Below are positions 48,296 through 61,334 of a stretch of 64,000 nt of DNA, one piece after another (the first letter of the stretch is position 1; each line of letters opens with the position of its first letter). Source of the stretch: Octopus sinensis (taxonomy: Eukaryota); contig NC_043012.1 in the NCBI RefSeq assembly GCF_006345805.1, positions 1,984,001 through 2,048,000 on the forward strand, read 5' to 3'. Below the pieces are notes generated by a model that searched no databases, had not been told where the DNA came from, and saw nothing but the letters and a program-made list of their open reading frames with translations. A program made the translations under genes and the position numbers.

Positions 48296-48416
48296 CAGAA
48301 GAATCAGTATTTTCTTCTTTCTTTTCAGACTCAGAACTTTTTGATTTAGATTTTCCCATAATTCCTTGCAAGAACCGTTCTAAAACATAACTCTGGGTGT
48401 CTAACATACAGTTACC
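48296..48416 (-). CDS. BAZ1B: BAZ1B exon
   Basis: ttttag|GNCMLDTQSYVLERFLQGIMGKSKSK...DSS|gtaagt; 121 nt; phase 0-1. Confidence 0.92.
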
Positions 48417-48984
48417 CTAAAAAAAATTTAAAAAGACATAAGAAGGGAACTACATATAAAGTTGGTCAAATAAAATCCATGCCCTGACACACACACACAT
48501 ATATATCCTCATCATCATTTAATATCTGTTTCTCTATATGCGTGTATATATGTGTAACCACTATACATTTGTTTGGTCTGTTAAAAATAGCAACCAAATC
48601 ACTCTCAAATTACACTCTACATCTTAAAAAAAAAAAGAAGAAAAAAAAGAGAAAGATTATATAAGATAGTCCTAGATACTTCTAAAAAGAGGGAACAGCC
48701 ACATCTGGAATGCCTTTGATCATAGGTCTACTCAATCAAGTGTCTGACCTGGGGCTAACTCCAAACACTATCATACATTACAGCACGTGACTGAAACAGA
48801 CATACACCGAAACGGCTGCAACATCAGACAGCCTTAAAAACACAACACTTTACTGGAACGTGTTTCAAATTGTTTCTATTCTATGCCTGTTTCAAGCATA
48901 GAAAAGAAACAATTGCAGTTCTATGGCCAACAACAGGGCTTTACAGACATACAAGCCAAATCGATGAAGAGAATCTGTATGGGG

Positions 48985-49310
48985 TCATTGAACGTAACCA
49001 CCATCATCTGGATGAGCTTGCTCAGACATTTTTAATCCACACATGCCATCCATCTCAGTCCTGCATTAGTTGAGGGAGGTCTTCAGGAAGGCATCCAGTG
49101 TCTCTGGTGAGTGGATCTATATATGTTGTGTTCGGATAACCTGCTCCAGTATGGCCATGCTTTGGCATCCTTAAGTAGTAGGTTACTCGCCAGCTCTTGT
49201 TTAGCTTGCCAGCAATGTCCTGCAAAACACAATCACCTTTCCCTACTGATGAGAGAAACAGGCAGGAGATATCCATACAGCCTGTTTCTTGCTGGGACGA
49301 GTTTATAGCG
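48985..49310 (-). mobile_element. Degenerate RTE-like LINE ORF C-terminus (a second family)
   Basis: ...PKHGHTGAGYPNTTYIDPLTRDTGCLPEDLPQLMQD*DGW matches the W.P.HG....GRP..TYIDQL..DTG....L...M.DR..W motif. Confidence 0.65.
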
Positions 49311-49535
49311 AGACAGGAGTTAATTTCTCTATAAACATGCTCTCAGTAGTCTTGAACATAAAAGGAAGGAAGGATACATTGGAGAATGTAATTCAAGATT
49401 CACTCTATACGAGAAAAGAAAACCAAAAAAAATGACCAAGTCACAGTTGAAGTACCTTTGGTCAGATATATGCCAAATCAGGACTGGCCAGAGGAAAGGA
49501 GAGGGGGACAACAACAAAGATAAAAACTTCATTAC

Positions 49536-49643
49536 CATGTCCGATATAGTTAGAGATGTTTCAATTTTCTTTTCCCATTCTTCCTGATCAAACACACCAC
49601 CAAGTCCTCCATTACGTAGACGGGTTTCAGTTTCTCGAAGCTC
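49536..49643 (-). CDS. BAZ1B: BAZ1B exon
   Basis: taccag|ELRETETRLRNGGLGGVFDQEEWEKKIETSLTISDM|gtaatg; 108 nt; phase 0-0. Confidence 0.92.
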
Positions 49644-50309
49644 CTGGTATAAAAAAAAAAGTGAGAAAATAATTATCATGTACAAAGCAGTTTTCACTTG
49701 GTAGAAATGTTAGAGCTATTTTACTTACAGTAACTGTTCTACTCTGCTTTTTTTTGGAGTTCAAACCCTACTGCAATAAACTTCACCTTCATCCTTCAAG
49801 AGTCAATAAATAAAGTACCAGTCACATGCTGGAGTCAATACTCCTCTCTCTTCTCACTTAGCTGTTCAATAGCTAGCATGCATTTGATTAAAATAGCACA
49901 CTTTCTACAGTACTCTTTATGTCTAGTAGACTTCATAGAGTATATTTTATAGATGATTTTTGCACTTCGCCATCACTTAATGTCCAGGTTCTACGCTGGT
50001 ACAAAATGGAAGGTTCAACAGAATCTGACAGGGTCCAAGGACTGCATTATATTCCAAAGTCTGTTTTTGTATGGTTTCTACAGCTGAATGTCCCTCCTAA
50101 TTCCAACCACATGATATACAGTACTGGCTGCATTTTTTATGGCACCAGCACTAGTGAGGTTACCATGCAGATTGCAAGACAGAGAGCCCCTTCGATTGAA
50201 TGGCAGATCTGTTGCAAAGTATTTGTGCCTATAGTCTTTGAAGGTTTGGTTTAACTCTTTCGATACTAACCCGGCCGTAGCCAGCTGAAAAATTAAAAGG
50301 TTACATGCA

Positions 50310-50715
50310 TCACAGAACTCCAGTAGCCTAGTTCCCCCTTCATCTCGGGAACCAATTCCATGGCCCCCTTGTACACCAGATTGCTGTCTGACAAGCCCAT
50401 TAAAATCTCCAGCCGCAAAGATAAGGGTCATTGCCACTCGTCTTTGAGGTAGCCTGTAGGAGGGCATTGTAAAAGTGGTCCTTCTGATCAATTGGTAGGC
50501 CTGCTTGTGGGGCATGGGCAGAGATAATTGTACAGTTCTATATTTAATATATATAAATATCCGTCGAATGTAAATAATGTAGAGATAACTGCGGTTATAC
50601 TATTCTGCAGGACTAGCCTGAGCTTAAGCACTCTATCACATACCCTGACAACTTCTAAGACCTTATCCACCAATTTCTCTGCAAAGAGTATGCTTACACC
50701 CCCTGCTTCATCCAT
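50310..50715 (-). mobile_element. RTE LINE AP-endonuclease fragment
   Basis: GGVSILFAEKLVDKVLEVVRVCDRVLKLRLVL and AGDFNG.V......GGHG.G.R...GTRLLEFCDACNLLI in two frames. Confidence 0.82.
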
Positions 50716-51050
50716 GTTACCTTGCCAGAAGTCATTTGTAAAATTAAAAAAAGTTGGGGTGCAAAGTAGATGTAGCCAATAACAAATATACAGATAGAAT
50801 AACAGATGTACAGATAATCAGTGGAAAGAGGGGAGACAAAGAGACAGAATAGAGACAGGAATATGGAGAGATACATAGAAGATACATACAGGTAGTGACA
50901 GTCTGACACAAGTGAACATACAAGTGGAGGTATGTGTGTTACACACACATACATACATACATAGAGAGGGGGGGAGAGATGTAGCCTTAAGTCATATTCT
51001 TTTTAAAAATGACTTTTCGTTCACAAATTGATAAAAAATCAATACATTAC

Positions 51051-51135
51051 TCTTTTGAAAGCCTCTTTCAGATCGAGAGGGTTATCACTCTCCTCTTCTT
51101 CAGTCTTTTTAACAGTGACATCTTTGGACGTACTT
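51051..51135 (-). CDS. BAZ1B: BAZ1B exon
   Basis: ttacag|(K)STSKDVTVKKTEEEESDNPLDLKEAFKR|gtaatg; 85 nt; phase 2-0. Confidence 0.85.
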
Positions 51136-51429
51136 CTGTAAAAATAGAAATGATCATTTCTGACATTAGTACAAAGCAATAAAGTTGTACAGGAAGCTTG
51201 TGGGCAACTGAACAAACTCTTCCCTCCCAAATACATTACCAGGAAGACATTTTTTTTCTCTGCAAAATATAGGGGTGCGCCTTATATGCTAAATATAAGT
51301 AGTTATTGACAAACACAACTTTTCCCTCATAACATTACTATAATTTAACTAACCTATTAGTAGAAATAAGTAACTGTAGCTTATTGATTAGTACATAACA
51401 ATGTGAAAACACATAACAAAACTGATAAA

Positions 51430-51815
51430 GTGCCGGTGGCACATAAAAGCACCGTCCGAACGTGGCCGATGCCAGCGCTGCCTCGACTGGCTCCAGTGCC
51501 GGTGGCACATAAAAAGCATAATCTGAACGTGGCCGTTGCCAGTGCCACCTTGGCTGGCTTCCGTGCCGGTGGCACATTAAAAGCTCCAACCGATTGTAGC
51601 TGATGCCGGACCCCCCTGGCACCTGTGCAGGTGGCACATAAAAAGCACCCACTACACTTGCAGAGTGGTTGGCGTTAGGAAGGGCATCCAGCTGTAGAAA
51701 CTCTGCCAGATCAGACTGGAGCCTGGTGCAGCCCCTGGCTTCCCAGACCCCAGTTGAACTGTCCAACCCGTGCTAGCGCAGAAATCGGACGTTAAACGAT
51801 GATGATGATGATGAT
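51430..51815 (+). mobile_element. RTE 3'UTR copy with 3-4 hairpin units
   Basis: GTGCCGGTGGCAC repeated, followed by the conserved tail and (GAT)n. Confidence 0.87.
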
Positions 51816-52221
51816 GAAAAACAAACAATATAAATCAAATTCAATGTAGAGTAAAATCAACATATATAAAATATAGTCCAGTGCACTTGTTGTAGGGAGT
51901 GGAAAATCCAACATTCAGATAGAGTCTGTCTTCAAGGAAAAATTGATGAGAAACAGTGAAATTTTATGTCCTCTAAGTTTTAAAAAAAACTGTCTCATCA
52001 ATTTCTCGCCTCTCAACTTTTCACTGAAGAAGGGACAGACTTCTCCAAAATGTTGGATTTTCCACACTTCACAGCATTTTTGTTGTATTCATTTTATCGA
52101 TTTTACTACAAAAGCTTTGCTAAGACTGACCTACAGCAACCTCTTCAAAGTCTGTTTGATCATATATAAAATATATATTGATATCAATTGAAAAAATATT
52201 AAGCCTTTAGTATCCAGATTA

Positions 52222-52625
52222 GGCGCAGGAGTGGCTGTGTGGTAAGTAGCTTGCTAACCAACCACATGGTTCCGGGTTCAGTCCCACTGCGTGGCATCTT
52301 GGGCAAGTGTCTTCTGCTATAGCCCCGGGCCGACCAATGCCTTGTGAGTGGATTTGGTAGACGGAAACTGAAAGAAGCCTGTCGTATATATGTATATATA
52401 TATATATATATGTTTGTGTGTCTGTGTTTGTTCCCCTAGCATTGCTTGACAACCGATGCTGGTGTGTTTACGTCCCCGTCACTTAGCGGTTCAGCAAAAG
52501 GAGACCGATAGAATAAGTACTGGGCTTACAAAAAGAATAAGTCTCGGGGTCGAGTTGCTCGACTAAAGGCGGTGCTCCAGCATGGCCACAGTCAAATGAC
52601 TGAAACAAGTAAAAGAGTAAGAGAG
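52222..52625 (+). mobile_element. SINE family A, full length, inserted into a family-1 MITE
   Basis: Near-identical to 13958-14366. MITE left end TTAAGCCTTTAGTATCCAGATT lies upstream and the MITE resumes at ~52628. Confidence 0.9.
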
Positions 52626-52858
52626 ATGACTGTTAAATCTAACGCTTATTTATTCACATTATTTTGAATTAATCATGCATTATCTTGTAACCTTGAGATT
52701 TCAATGGCATGACTGTTTACGTTTAGAATGATGTAGGGTAGGTGTTAGAGGCTGGATCTCGCCAGTTTGAATATAAAACAAGTAGAATATAAAAAACTGA
52801 TAAAGCCAGTTTAAATGTTAAAGGATAAACACTGACAAAAAAAGAAGAAAAAACTTAC

Positions 52859-53023
52859 TTCTTTGTTGCATTCATATTTTTTACAATATCATCACGGCGT
52901 TTTAAAAGTTCTGATTTGAGAGCACTTTCCCTGATTCCTTGTGGGTGAAGGCTGGCTATAAAACTATCAAACTCTTCTTCTGTTTCATAAACAGACCAGG
53001 TGTTTTGGCCAGGTTCAGGAACG
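52859..53023 (-). CDS. BAZ1B: BAZ1B exon, WSD/WHIM3 block
   Basis: gaacag|(S)VPEPGQNTWSVYETEEEFDSFIASLHPQGIRESALKSELLKRRDDIVKNMNATK|gtaagt; 165 nt; phase 2-2. Confidence 0.95.
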
Positions 53024-54947
53024 CTGTTCGGCAGAAGTAAAAAAACAAAAACAAAATAAAATAAATGTTATCAAGATTAGCAATATTCTGTAATGAACAA
53101 GAACGGTTGAAATATATTTTTAATAAAATTATATCTTTTATCTTTAACTTGTTTCAGTCATTGAACCGTGGCCATGCTGGGGCACTGCCTTGAAGGGGTT
53201 TAGTCAAACAACTCAGTACAGATATATACATAAATAAGCCTAAAACTACATCATACATTTTTATCATATATTTTTGGAAACAAAACAATTTTTCTATTTC
53301 ATCCATAATAATGTAGCTGTGTTTTTTCTTTACAAATGAAGTCCATTACATTTTTGAGGTGCAAAAAAAAAAAAAAACTTGGGCACCAACAATGCAGATG
53401 TTAAGAATATCAATAATTCTGACTTTAAATAAATCGTGAAGAGTGTATAGTTGTGTTAGGAAAAAAAAAACATAAGCAAAAGAAAATGTAATTGGATTGA
53501 AGTGTCAGACAATGTTTTCAATAACTCTGAAACTAGTTTCTGGTTGCTGGGTGGACGTGCTTATCTCCCCTGTCTGAAAACTTAAGGACACACAATGCTT
53601 GTGTCACGTAGCCAAGTGGAAACGATCTTTCCTGGGGCTAAATAGCAAATATTCTTCCTTTTCTACATTCTGTTGAGCTTTTTTTTCTTACTCTAGGATC
53701 AAAAGCAGAGCACTGTGGAAGCAACATCAATTCCACTATTGTGATGTGATTGTGAATACATAACTGGTGCCACCTTTGTGGCAAAACATGCACAGACAAA
53801 TGAATTGTTTTAGTACCTGGCATAAAGCCACCTACCTCAGTAAACTCAATATTACTTTTGCCTCAGATGAGGAGTTTTGTCTTGCACACTACTTGGTAAC
53901 TTCACTGGTGCTGGTGCCATGTAAAAACCGCCCAGTATGCTCTGTAAAGTAGCTGGTATTAGAGAGGGCATCTAGCCATAGACAAAATGCTTGACAGTCC
54001 TCTGGCTCACCTATTCTTGTTGAACCACCCAACCAATGCCAGCATCAAAAATGGACACTAAATGGTGATGATGGTAAATAGTTTTTACTCTTTCTTTTTC
54101 ACTTCAGCTGAACCCAGACAGCATCTAAGAATTAAGAGATATCTAATTGCATAGATGACCTAGCCAAAGTGTCAAACATTCATAACCCATCTCCGAGCCT
54201 ATGCCATATATCTTGATTTATTCTTTCATACTGTTAATTAACAAGTATTGCAAATGGCAATCCTTCAATAAAAGATGCATCAATCAACTACTGCATTGAT
54301 ATAATCTTCTTCACCAATTTCTGGTTGTGCATGTAAAATAAAGCAGTATTAGTAAGAAGGGCAACCAACAGTAGATATACTTGAGTGGGAAAAAATTTTA
54401 CTTGTATTTTAGGTCTACTTCTTTACACTCCGAGTTCAAATCTCACCAAGACTTACTTTTCTTCCCCCTGCTGCTGCTGCTATGAGTTAACTATATTCCA
54501 CCTGTAAAGCAGGTGATGTTGTGCCTATGTTAACAATCTTTGGGTTTAATCACTTTCTCATCATCCTTTTAATGTCATTTTTTTTCAACCCCACATGGAT
54601 CAGAGAGAATTCTTTGAAGCAGATTTTCTATGGCTAAAAGCTCTTTCCTGTTGCCAAACCTCACCCATTTCTGAACAAGGTCAGACACGTTTTTCACTGA
54701 AGACTGGAAACAAATGTCACTTGTATGATGGTGACACTTGATTACAACTATCGTAGAATATCAAAACAAAGAGACACACATGCATACACACAAAGAGATG
54801 TTTTCAGTTTCTATATACAAAACCCACTCACATGGGTTTAGTCAGTGCAGGGCTATAGTAGAGCAAGGTGCTACATGAAATCACATGGCTGGGAAGTGAA
54901 CTTCTTAGCCACATGGCCATTTAAAATGCAAACTAAACTTCACATAC

Positions 54948-55074
54948 CTCGTTTCAACCGGTTTGTTGTTATAATGTAAGTTTTGTGAATTTGAAAGGAC
55001 TTCATCATCGGAGCTACAAGAACTGTCATCAGACTCATTTTTGAAACTGAATGCAATTTCATCAGAAATCCAGC
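54948..55074 (-). CDS. BAZ1B: BAZ1B exon
   Basis: ccctag|(G)WISDEIAFSFKNESDDSSCSSDDEVLSNSQNLHYNNKPVET|gtatgt; 127 nt; phase 1-2. Confidence 0.88.
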
Positions 55075-55878
55075 CTAGGGAAAGCAAAACGAAACAGTGA
55101 TCAATACATTTCAATAAACATGTTTATTATTATTATTATTGAGTGAGAGAGCAGTACATGCCATCAAAGTGACACTGGGGTAAAATATACGAAGCCCAAT
55201 ATACCCATCATGATTACCCATCTGGTAAGGGTACACCTGACACATGCATCACAACCATATGTGCACAAAAAGTTTAGTGACCTCATATCAAGATAAACAG
55301 TGCATGACCTTGCAGGTGAGGACCAGTTAGAATTTTCTTTAGTTTAAGTAGCCCATTCTGCTCAAAAAGTCCCTGAATTGTTTAAGGATGTTGAATAAAA
55401 TACACATTTCCAAAGGTAAATTATCCATGGTTATGATGCTCCCCAACTACTTCTGTTTGAGATCAGAGATACATATATTGTCAGCCAATAAGGAATATGG
55501 TCAACTGGTTATGGTCAAACAACTGACAAGCAAACTTGTGGTACTGAGCAGAATATTTGCTGTAGCCCATCTTTTATAGCAAGACAAAAACAATGTACAT
55601 TATTATTATTATTATTATTATAGTGGCAACTTGGCAATATCATTAAATTGTAAGCATGTCAGACAAAATGTTTAACCCTTTTGATACCAACCTGCCTGAA
55701 ACTGCTCCTGTTTCTATGATACACACTTCTGGTTTTGAAGTGATCTAAGGTAAAACTTATCAAAATTTCATGTTTCAGCCTCTTAGCTGTGGCCATGCTG
55801 GAGCACTACCTTTAATGTTCTTTAGTGAAAATTGAGATAGCTATATTTGAGTCTAAAAAAAAAAAGGTGGCTAGATAC

Positions 55879-55993
55879 CTTTTTCAACATAAAGACCTGG
55901 GGTGCATCGAGAAAATACCCAATATCGGCTATGATTTCGGTCCGTTCCAATTGGAGATAGGCGCAGAACAAGCTTAGCAAAAGCTATTCCATC
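55879..55993 (-). CDS. BAZ1B: BAZ1B exon, WHIM2/WSD block
   Basis: ttgtag|DGIAFAKLVLRLSPIGTDRNHSRYWVFSRCTPGLYVEK|gtatct; 115 nt; phase 0-1. Confidence 0.95.
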
Positions 55994-56638
55994 CTACAAA
56001 AGCAAAAAGGAAAAAAGAATTTATTATTCTAAGATTTTACAATAATAATAATAATAATAAAAGATTGCTTTAACCCTTTAGCATTTAAACCAGTTATATC
56101 TGGCCGAAATATTCTATCTTGATTTGTGACAAAACTGACCAGATCCACCCTCATACACCTACCCAACAATGTCATTCTAAAAATAAACAATTATATCTTC
56201 AAAATCTTGAAGCTATGAAAAAATGCATGATTAATTGAAAACAATATGAATGAATAAGCATTGCATTTGACAGAGAAACATAAATGCTAAAGGATTAATA
56301 TATTCTCAGCTGCTTTTGAAAAATATTCATGTAGCTATTTGAAAAACTGTGTTAGAAAGATCCAGAAAAAGTTAAGAGTCATTTAAGAGATCCTCATACA
56401 AAATGTCAAAAAGAAAAGTTTTAAAAAATGGCAAGAAAAAAATTCAACTGTGTTTGTGAATGTGTTCAATCTAGAGAATGTTTTGTACATCTTTATTTGA
56501 AAACAAACAAAGATGAAAGATGAAAAAAATAAAGGATTATCAATGAAAATACTAAAGAAATATGGAGAAATGCACATTAAAAAACACAAGCTACACAAAT
56601 AAATAGTTTGGATTTAACAAATCTTAAAGATGGCTTAC

Positions 56639-56705
56639 ATTAAATTCCTTCTCAAATGCTTCTTCCTCTTTTATCTTGCGAAGTACAGCATATTCTTTCT
56701 CTCGT
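56639..56705 (-). CDS. BAZ1B: BAZ1B exon
   Basis: tttcag|(R)REKEYAVLRKIKEEEAFEKEFN|gtaagc; 67 nt; phase 2-0. Confidence 0.88.
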
Positions 56706-58140
56706 CTGAAACAGTAAAAAAACAACAACAAAAAAAACAAACAATTTAACATAGCTCTGCCATACAGCAAAAATTAACAATTTATAACTGACATAGTTAG
56801 TCTATCAAATTTAAAATAAGAAGATATTCAAATTAATTCCATGTGATATATTTCACACAAGATACCTCCATTGTATTGAAATATATTTGACAATGTACAA
56901 TATCTTTTACAGTAATGTAAACTGAATGTCAGTGAAAAATATTTTTGGAAAAAGAAACTCGCAATGTGTACACATTCAGACACTAAGAAAGACATGTTAC
57001 TACTTCACTATCCAAATACATCTGGAGTTTAATAATGATAATATTAACAAATATAAAATTGACTGATCCATTAATAGAAACAAATAATCAACTATATTAA
57101 TGGTTCCTGAAGGTACAATCTCTATCTCTTGGTGAAGTACAACTTTCTATTGCAGCCTTTAGCAATTTTGAACACAGCATTAGAATTGATGAATTTTTGC
57201 AGACATTTCAATCAGGATTTATTGAGAGATTTCCAACTACTAACAGGATGTATGTATATAAGATACATCTCCTGGATGAGCTGGCTGAGACACATTATCA
57301 GTGATTTAATCTGAAGTCATCAGGTGTTTTGGATCTTTCAACATCAGACATCTTTGCCCAGGTGACCCAAGTGGGGTTAATTAAACCCTGACTTACATTC
57401 AAGGAAAAGCAACAGTTCATGAATCAGACCTCTTAAACCAAAGCAACCTGACGGGGTTTTCTCTGGAGCTGCACTTGCAGACTAAATGGCCTTCTTCCTT
57501 GCAAAGCCTCTACAACCCACCTTTATAGGCTCAGAATATCTCTGTTGTGGCAATTCACCAGTTACTGGTAATTGGTATTTCTAAATAATGGATTTTCCAC
57601 CTGATGAAACATGGGATGTATTTTAAAAGATTTGTTTATTCATCAACATTAAAACTGTTACGAGCTCCACTTCCCAGTTCATTAGTGTTTAGTATAATGG
57701 TATTATAGATATGGAAACATCACATTTTCTGTACACGGTGATGAACACATGAACATAACTCATTTTCTTAATGATTCTTCAGCAAGTAATCAAATCACTA
57801 TGCACTGTTGGTTAATCATGTATTGATGTAACAGCAAATACTTTCGTTTATGAAATTGCTATACTGCTTCCAATAACCCAATCATTTGAGCTACAGGAAA
57901 CAGGAAACCCACATGTATAAGCATCAGCTTAGATATCATATGCAAATTCTGCACAGATAAATTTCTTTTCCAGCCATATGGGACAAGTTAGTGACATCAC
58001 TGGCTAGCTCAACTAACATATTTGAGAACTTAATGTCTAGGCCTACCAAAATGTCTTCTACTCTATTCTTTCTATTTTGCCATGCACACTTCCAATAGAT
58101 GTATAATATCATATTATCAATGAATTGTTTCATTATGTAC

Positions 58141-58303
58141 CTTTCGCGTTCCTCCTTATCTCGTTTTTCTTTCTCTTTTGCAACAACAGCAGCTCTCCGT
58201 TGCCGTCGTTTAACAACCGATGCTAAGCCGTCATCTGAAAAGTTAGCCGCCGCCTCCTCTTCTTCAGCAACTTTATTGCCATAAAAATCTCTGATGGTTA
58301 AAC
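58141..58303 (-). CDS. BAZ1B: BAZ1B exon (charged coiled-coil region)
   Basis: ttgaag|(G)LTIRDFYGNKVAEEEEAAANFSDDGLASVVKRRQRRAAVVAKEKEKRDKEERE|gtacat; 163 nt; phase 1-2. Confidence 0.88.
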
Positions 58304-58418
58304 CTTCAAAATATTAACAAGAAATTTGGTCATTAAGTCTTAGAAAACAAAACAAAAAAATTCAAGTGATAAAGAAAAATTTATTTTCCCATTGTCATTT
58401 TAAAAAAAGGGCCAGAAA

Positions 58419-58679
58419 ATCGTCGTTGAGCGTCCGCTTTCCATGCTAGCATGGGTTGGACGGTTCTACTGGGGTCTGTGAAGCCAGAAGGCTTCATCAG
58501 GCCCAGTCAAATCTGGCAGTGTTTCTACGGCTGGATGCCCTTCCTAACGCCAACCACTCCGTGAGTGTAGTGGGTGCTTTTTACGTGCCACCCGCACAGG
58601 TGCCAGACAGAGCTGGCAAACGGCCACGAACGGATGGTGCTTTTTATGTGCCACCGGCACGGGGGCCAGGCGAGGCTGG
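58419..58679 (-). mobile_element. Short RTE-tail element (~260 bp)
   Basis: Minus strand starts CCAGCCTCGCCTGGCCCCCGTGCCGG. Same subfamily as 18640 and 46366. Confidence 0.88.
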
Positions 58680-59059
58680 ATTATGTTATTATCTATCGTC
58701 ATCATCATTTCCATGCTGACATAGGCTGGACAATTAAACAGGAGCTGGCAAGCCAGAGCTGCACCAGGCTCCAGTTGTCTGGTTTGGCAGGGTTTCTATG
58801 GCTAGATGCCCTTCCTAATGCCAACCAGTTTGCAGTGTACTAGGCGCTTTTTACATGGCATCAGTACAGGTGTTGTTTATGTGGCACCAGTATAGGTGCT
58901 TTTCACATGACATCAGAAGTAGCCAGTTGGCAGTGATGGTTCCACAAAAATTTGTAGCAAATGGTATTTAAGCTCCAGACACATAAATATAGACAACATG
59001 GCTGTCTTAAAGATAACAATACACTGCTTATAAAGTGTGTTTTTTTGGGGGGGACCTGA

Positions 59060-59556
59060 ACTAAACTAAGGTTTACAAAGAATAAGTCTGGGGGTTGATT
59101 TGCTTGACTAAAGGCGGTGCCCCAGCATGGCCACAGCAAAATGACTGAAACAAGTAAAAGATATATGTATGTATAGGAGCAGGTGTGGCTGTGTGTAAAG
59201 AAGCTTGCTTGCCTCCCATCCACATGGTTTCAGGTTCAGACACCTTGGGCAAGTGTCTTCTTCTATAGCCTCGAGCCAACAAAAGCCTTGTGAGTGGATT
59301 TCATAGACAGAAACTGAAAGAAGCCTGTCGTATATATAAGTCTGTGTGTGTGTGTCTTTTTGTCCCCTCACCATTACTTCACAACAGAGGTTAGTGTTTA
59401 CATCCCTGTAACTTAGTAATCCGGCAAAAGAGACCGATAAAATAAGTACTAGGCTTATAAAGAATAAGACCTGGGGTTGATTTCTTTAACTAGAAAACCC
59501 TTTAAGGCAGTGCTCTAGCATGGCCACAATCAAAAATGACTGAAACAAGTAAAAGA
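59060..59556 (+). mobile_element. SINE family A tail fragment followed by a full copy
   Basis: Tail at 59060-59165, new head from ~59175. Confidence 0.82.
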
Positions 59557-59603
59557 ACTCCAAAAAATAAATAAATAGGAACTAGACAACAGACCCGACT
59601 CAC

Positions 59604-59758
59604 CACTAGCCTTTATATTTCTGGGTTCTGTCTTTACATTCCCATTTTTCGGATCATTTTCCTTAGAATCTGACTGGTCTTCTTTCAATGTTATTTTGTT
59701 TGCATTTGCAAGAAATCTTTGTTGCTTCTTTTCTTTCAGAGAAAACAGTCTTCTACGC
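59604..59758 (-). CDS. BAZ1B: BAZ1B exon
   Basis: attcag|(W)RRRLFSLKEKKQQRFLANANKITLKEDQSDSKENDPKNGNVKTEPRNIKAS|gtgagt; 155 nt; phase 2-1. Confidence 0.87.
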
Positions 59759-61334
59759 CTGAATAAAAAAGAAAAAAATATACGCTTATTCAGAGTAAGC
59801 TATAGGATTGGGGTAGATCAAACAGAATTATTATTTAACATTTAAAATGGTAAGATTTTGTTCAATCAAAGCTGTGTCCTTTGTATCTCAAGTGTATTTT
59901 AATATTAAATGAAAGAGGAGAAACTACAAAAACATTTCTATGATCACAATAAAAACAGCTGCTGCCATTTTAAAGTCTACCAAAGTTTGCATGGATAAGA
60001 TGAGACTTCATTAAAGAAGAATTTTCTATGGTTCGATGTTCTTCTTGTCACCAACCCTTACCCGTTTCCAAACAAAGCAATATTTCCCTTGTCTATCAAA
60101 CATATTCTACAAAAAGAAAAGTTAACAGCTAAGAAATCACAGAAGCATTCGATTTCAGACTTAACTAATATGGCAGTATCAACAACAACCTTTTCAACAA
60201 TCGGTACTAGGCCTTAATCCTTTAGCATTTAAACCGGCCATATCCAGCCAAAAGTATTCTGCCTGTTTTATGTTCAAACTGGCCAGATCTGGTCTCTCAC
60301 ACCAACCCTACAATATCGTTTTAAAAATTAACAGCTACCTCATTAAAATCTCATAGCTACAAGATTAATGAATGATTAGTTCAAAACAATGTGGATGAAA
60401 AAGCATTAATTTTGGCAGAATAATGCAAACACTAAAGGGTTAAATTTTATGGGAATGGGCCTAGTTGATTGCACTGAGCCCAGTGCTCAACTAATACTCA
60501 TTTTATCAACCCCGAAAAGGACAAGAGGCAAAACAGACCTCAGTGGTATTTGAATCCAGAACATAAGACGGCTGAAAGAAATGCAGCTTAGCATTTTGTT
60601 TGGTGTGCTAATGGTTCTGCCAGCTCATTGCCTTTCATATCCTAACACTTTCCTTGTGTCCACTTTCATTGGATAGTTAGAAACAAATAAATATTGATAA
60701 AGATATATAACAACTATACATGTTGTTTTGCTACACTCTAAACAGGCTTCATCCATCTGTTTGCTAAATGCCAGTTTTTTTCCATGCTAGCATGTTTTTC
60801 ACAGGAATTAATCTGAGACAGGATTTAACAGCCAGCTGCACTTTCTGTAGCCAAATCTCATTTGTTTTCCAAGTAAGAATTTTTTTTATATTTCACAGGC
60901 CTTCAAAAACACAAAGCAGTCTGTCATAATGTCAACAACATACATAAACATCAATGATTCGTTGAACACAAAAACTCTCACACAAAATAGGCTTCCTACA
61001 AGTTTTGTCTCCCAAATTCACTCAAGGTATTGGCCAGCCTGGAGCTATAGTAGAAGACACTTCTTCCAGGTGACATGTAGTGGGACTGAATCCAGAACCA
61101 CGTGGTTGAGAAGCAAACTTCTTGACCACAAACACACTTTTAACATCCATTCTCCATGTTTTAATTAGATAAATCTTTACAGTTAAATTCCTTTCCTGTT
61201 GCTAATCACCCAAGCACGAAGTAAGAACGAAGTTTACTTCTATTAAATCAAGCAAACTGAAGGAAAGTTTAAACACAGCAGTTAAGATTTGAACGTATAA
61301 TCATATGGTCCATTACTTTAAACATGCAGCAATG

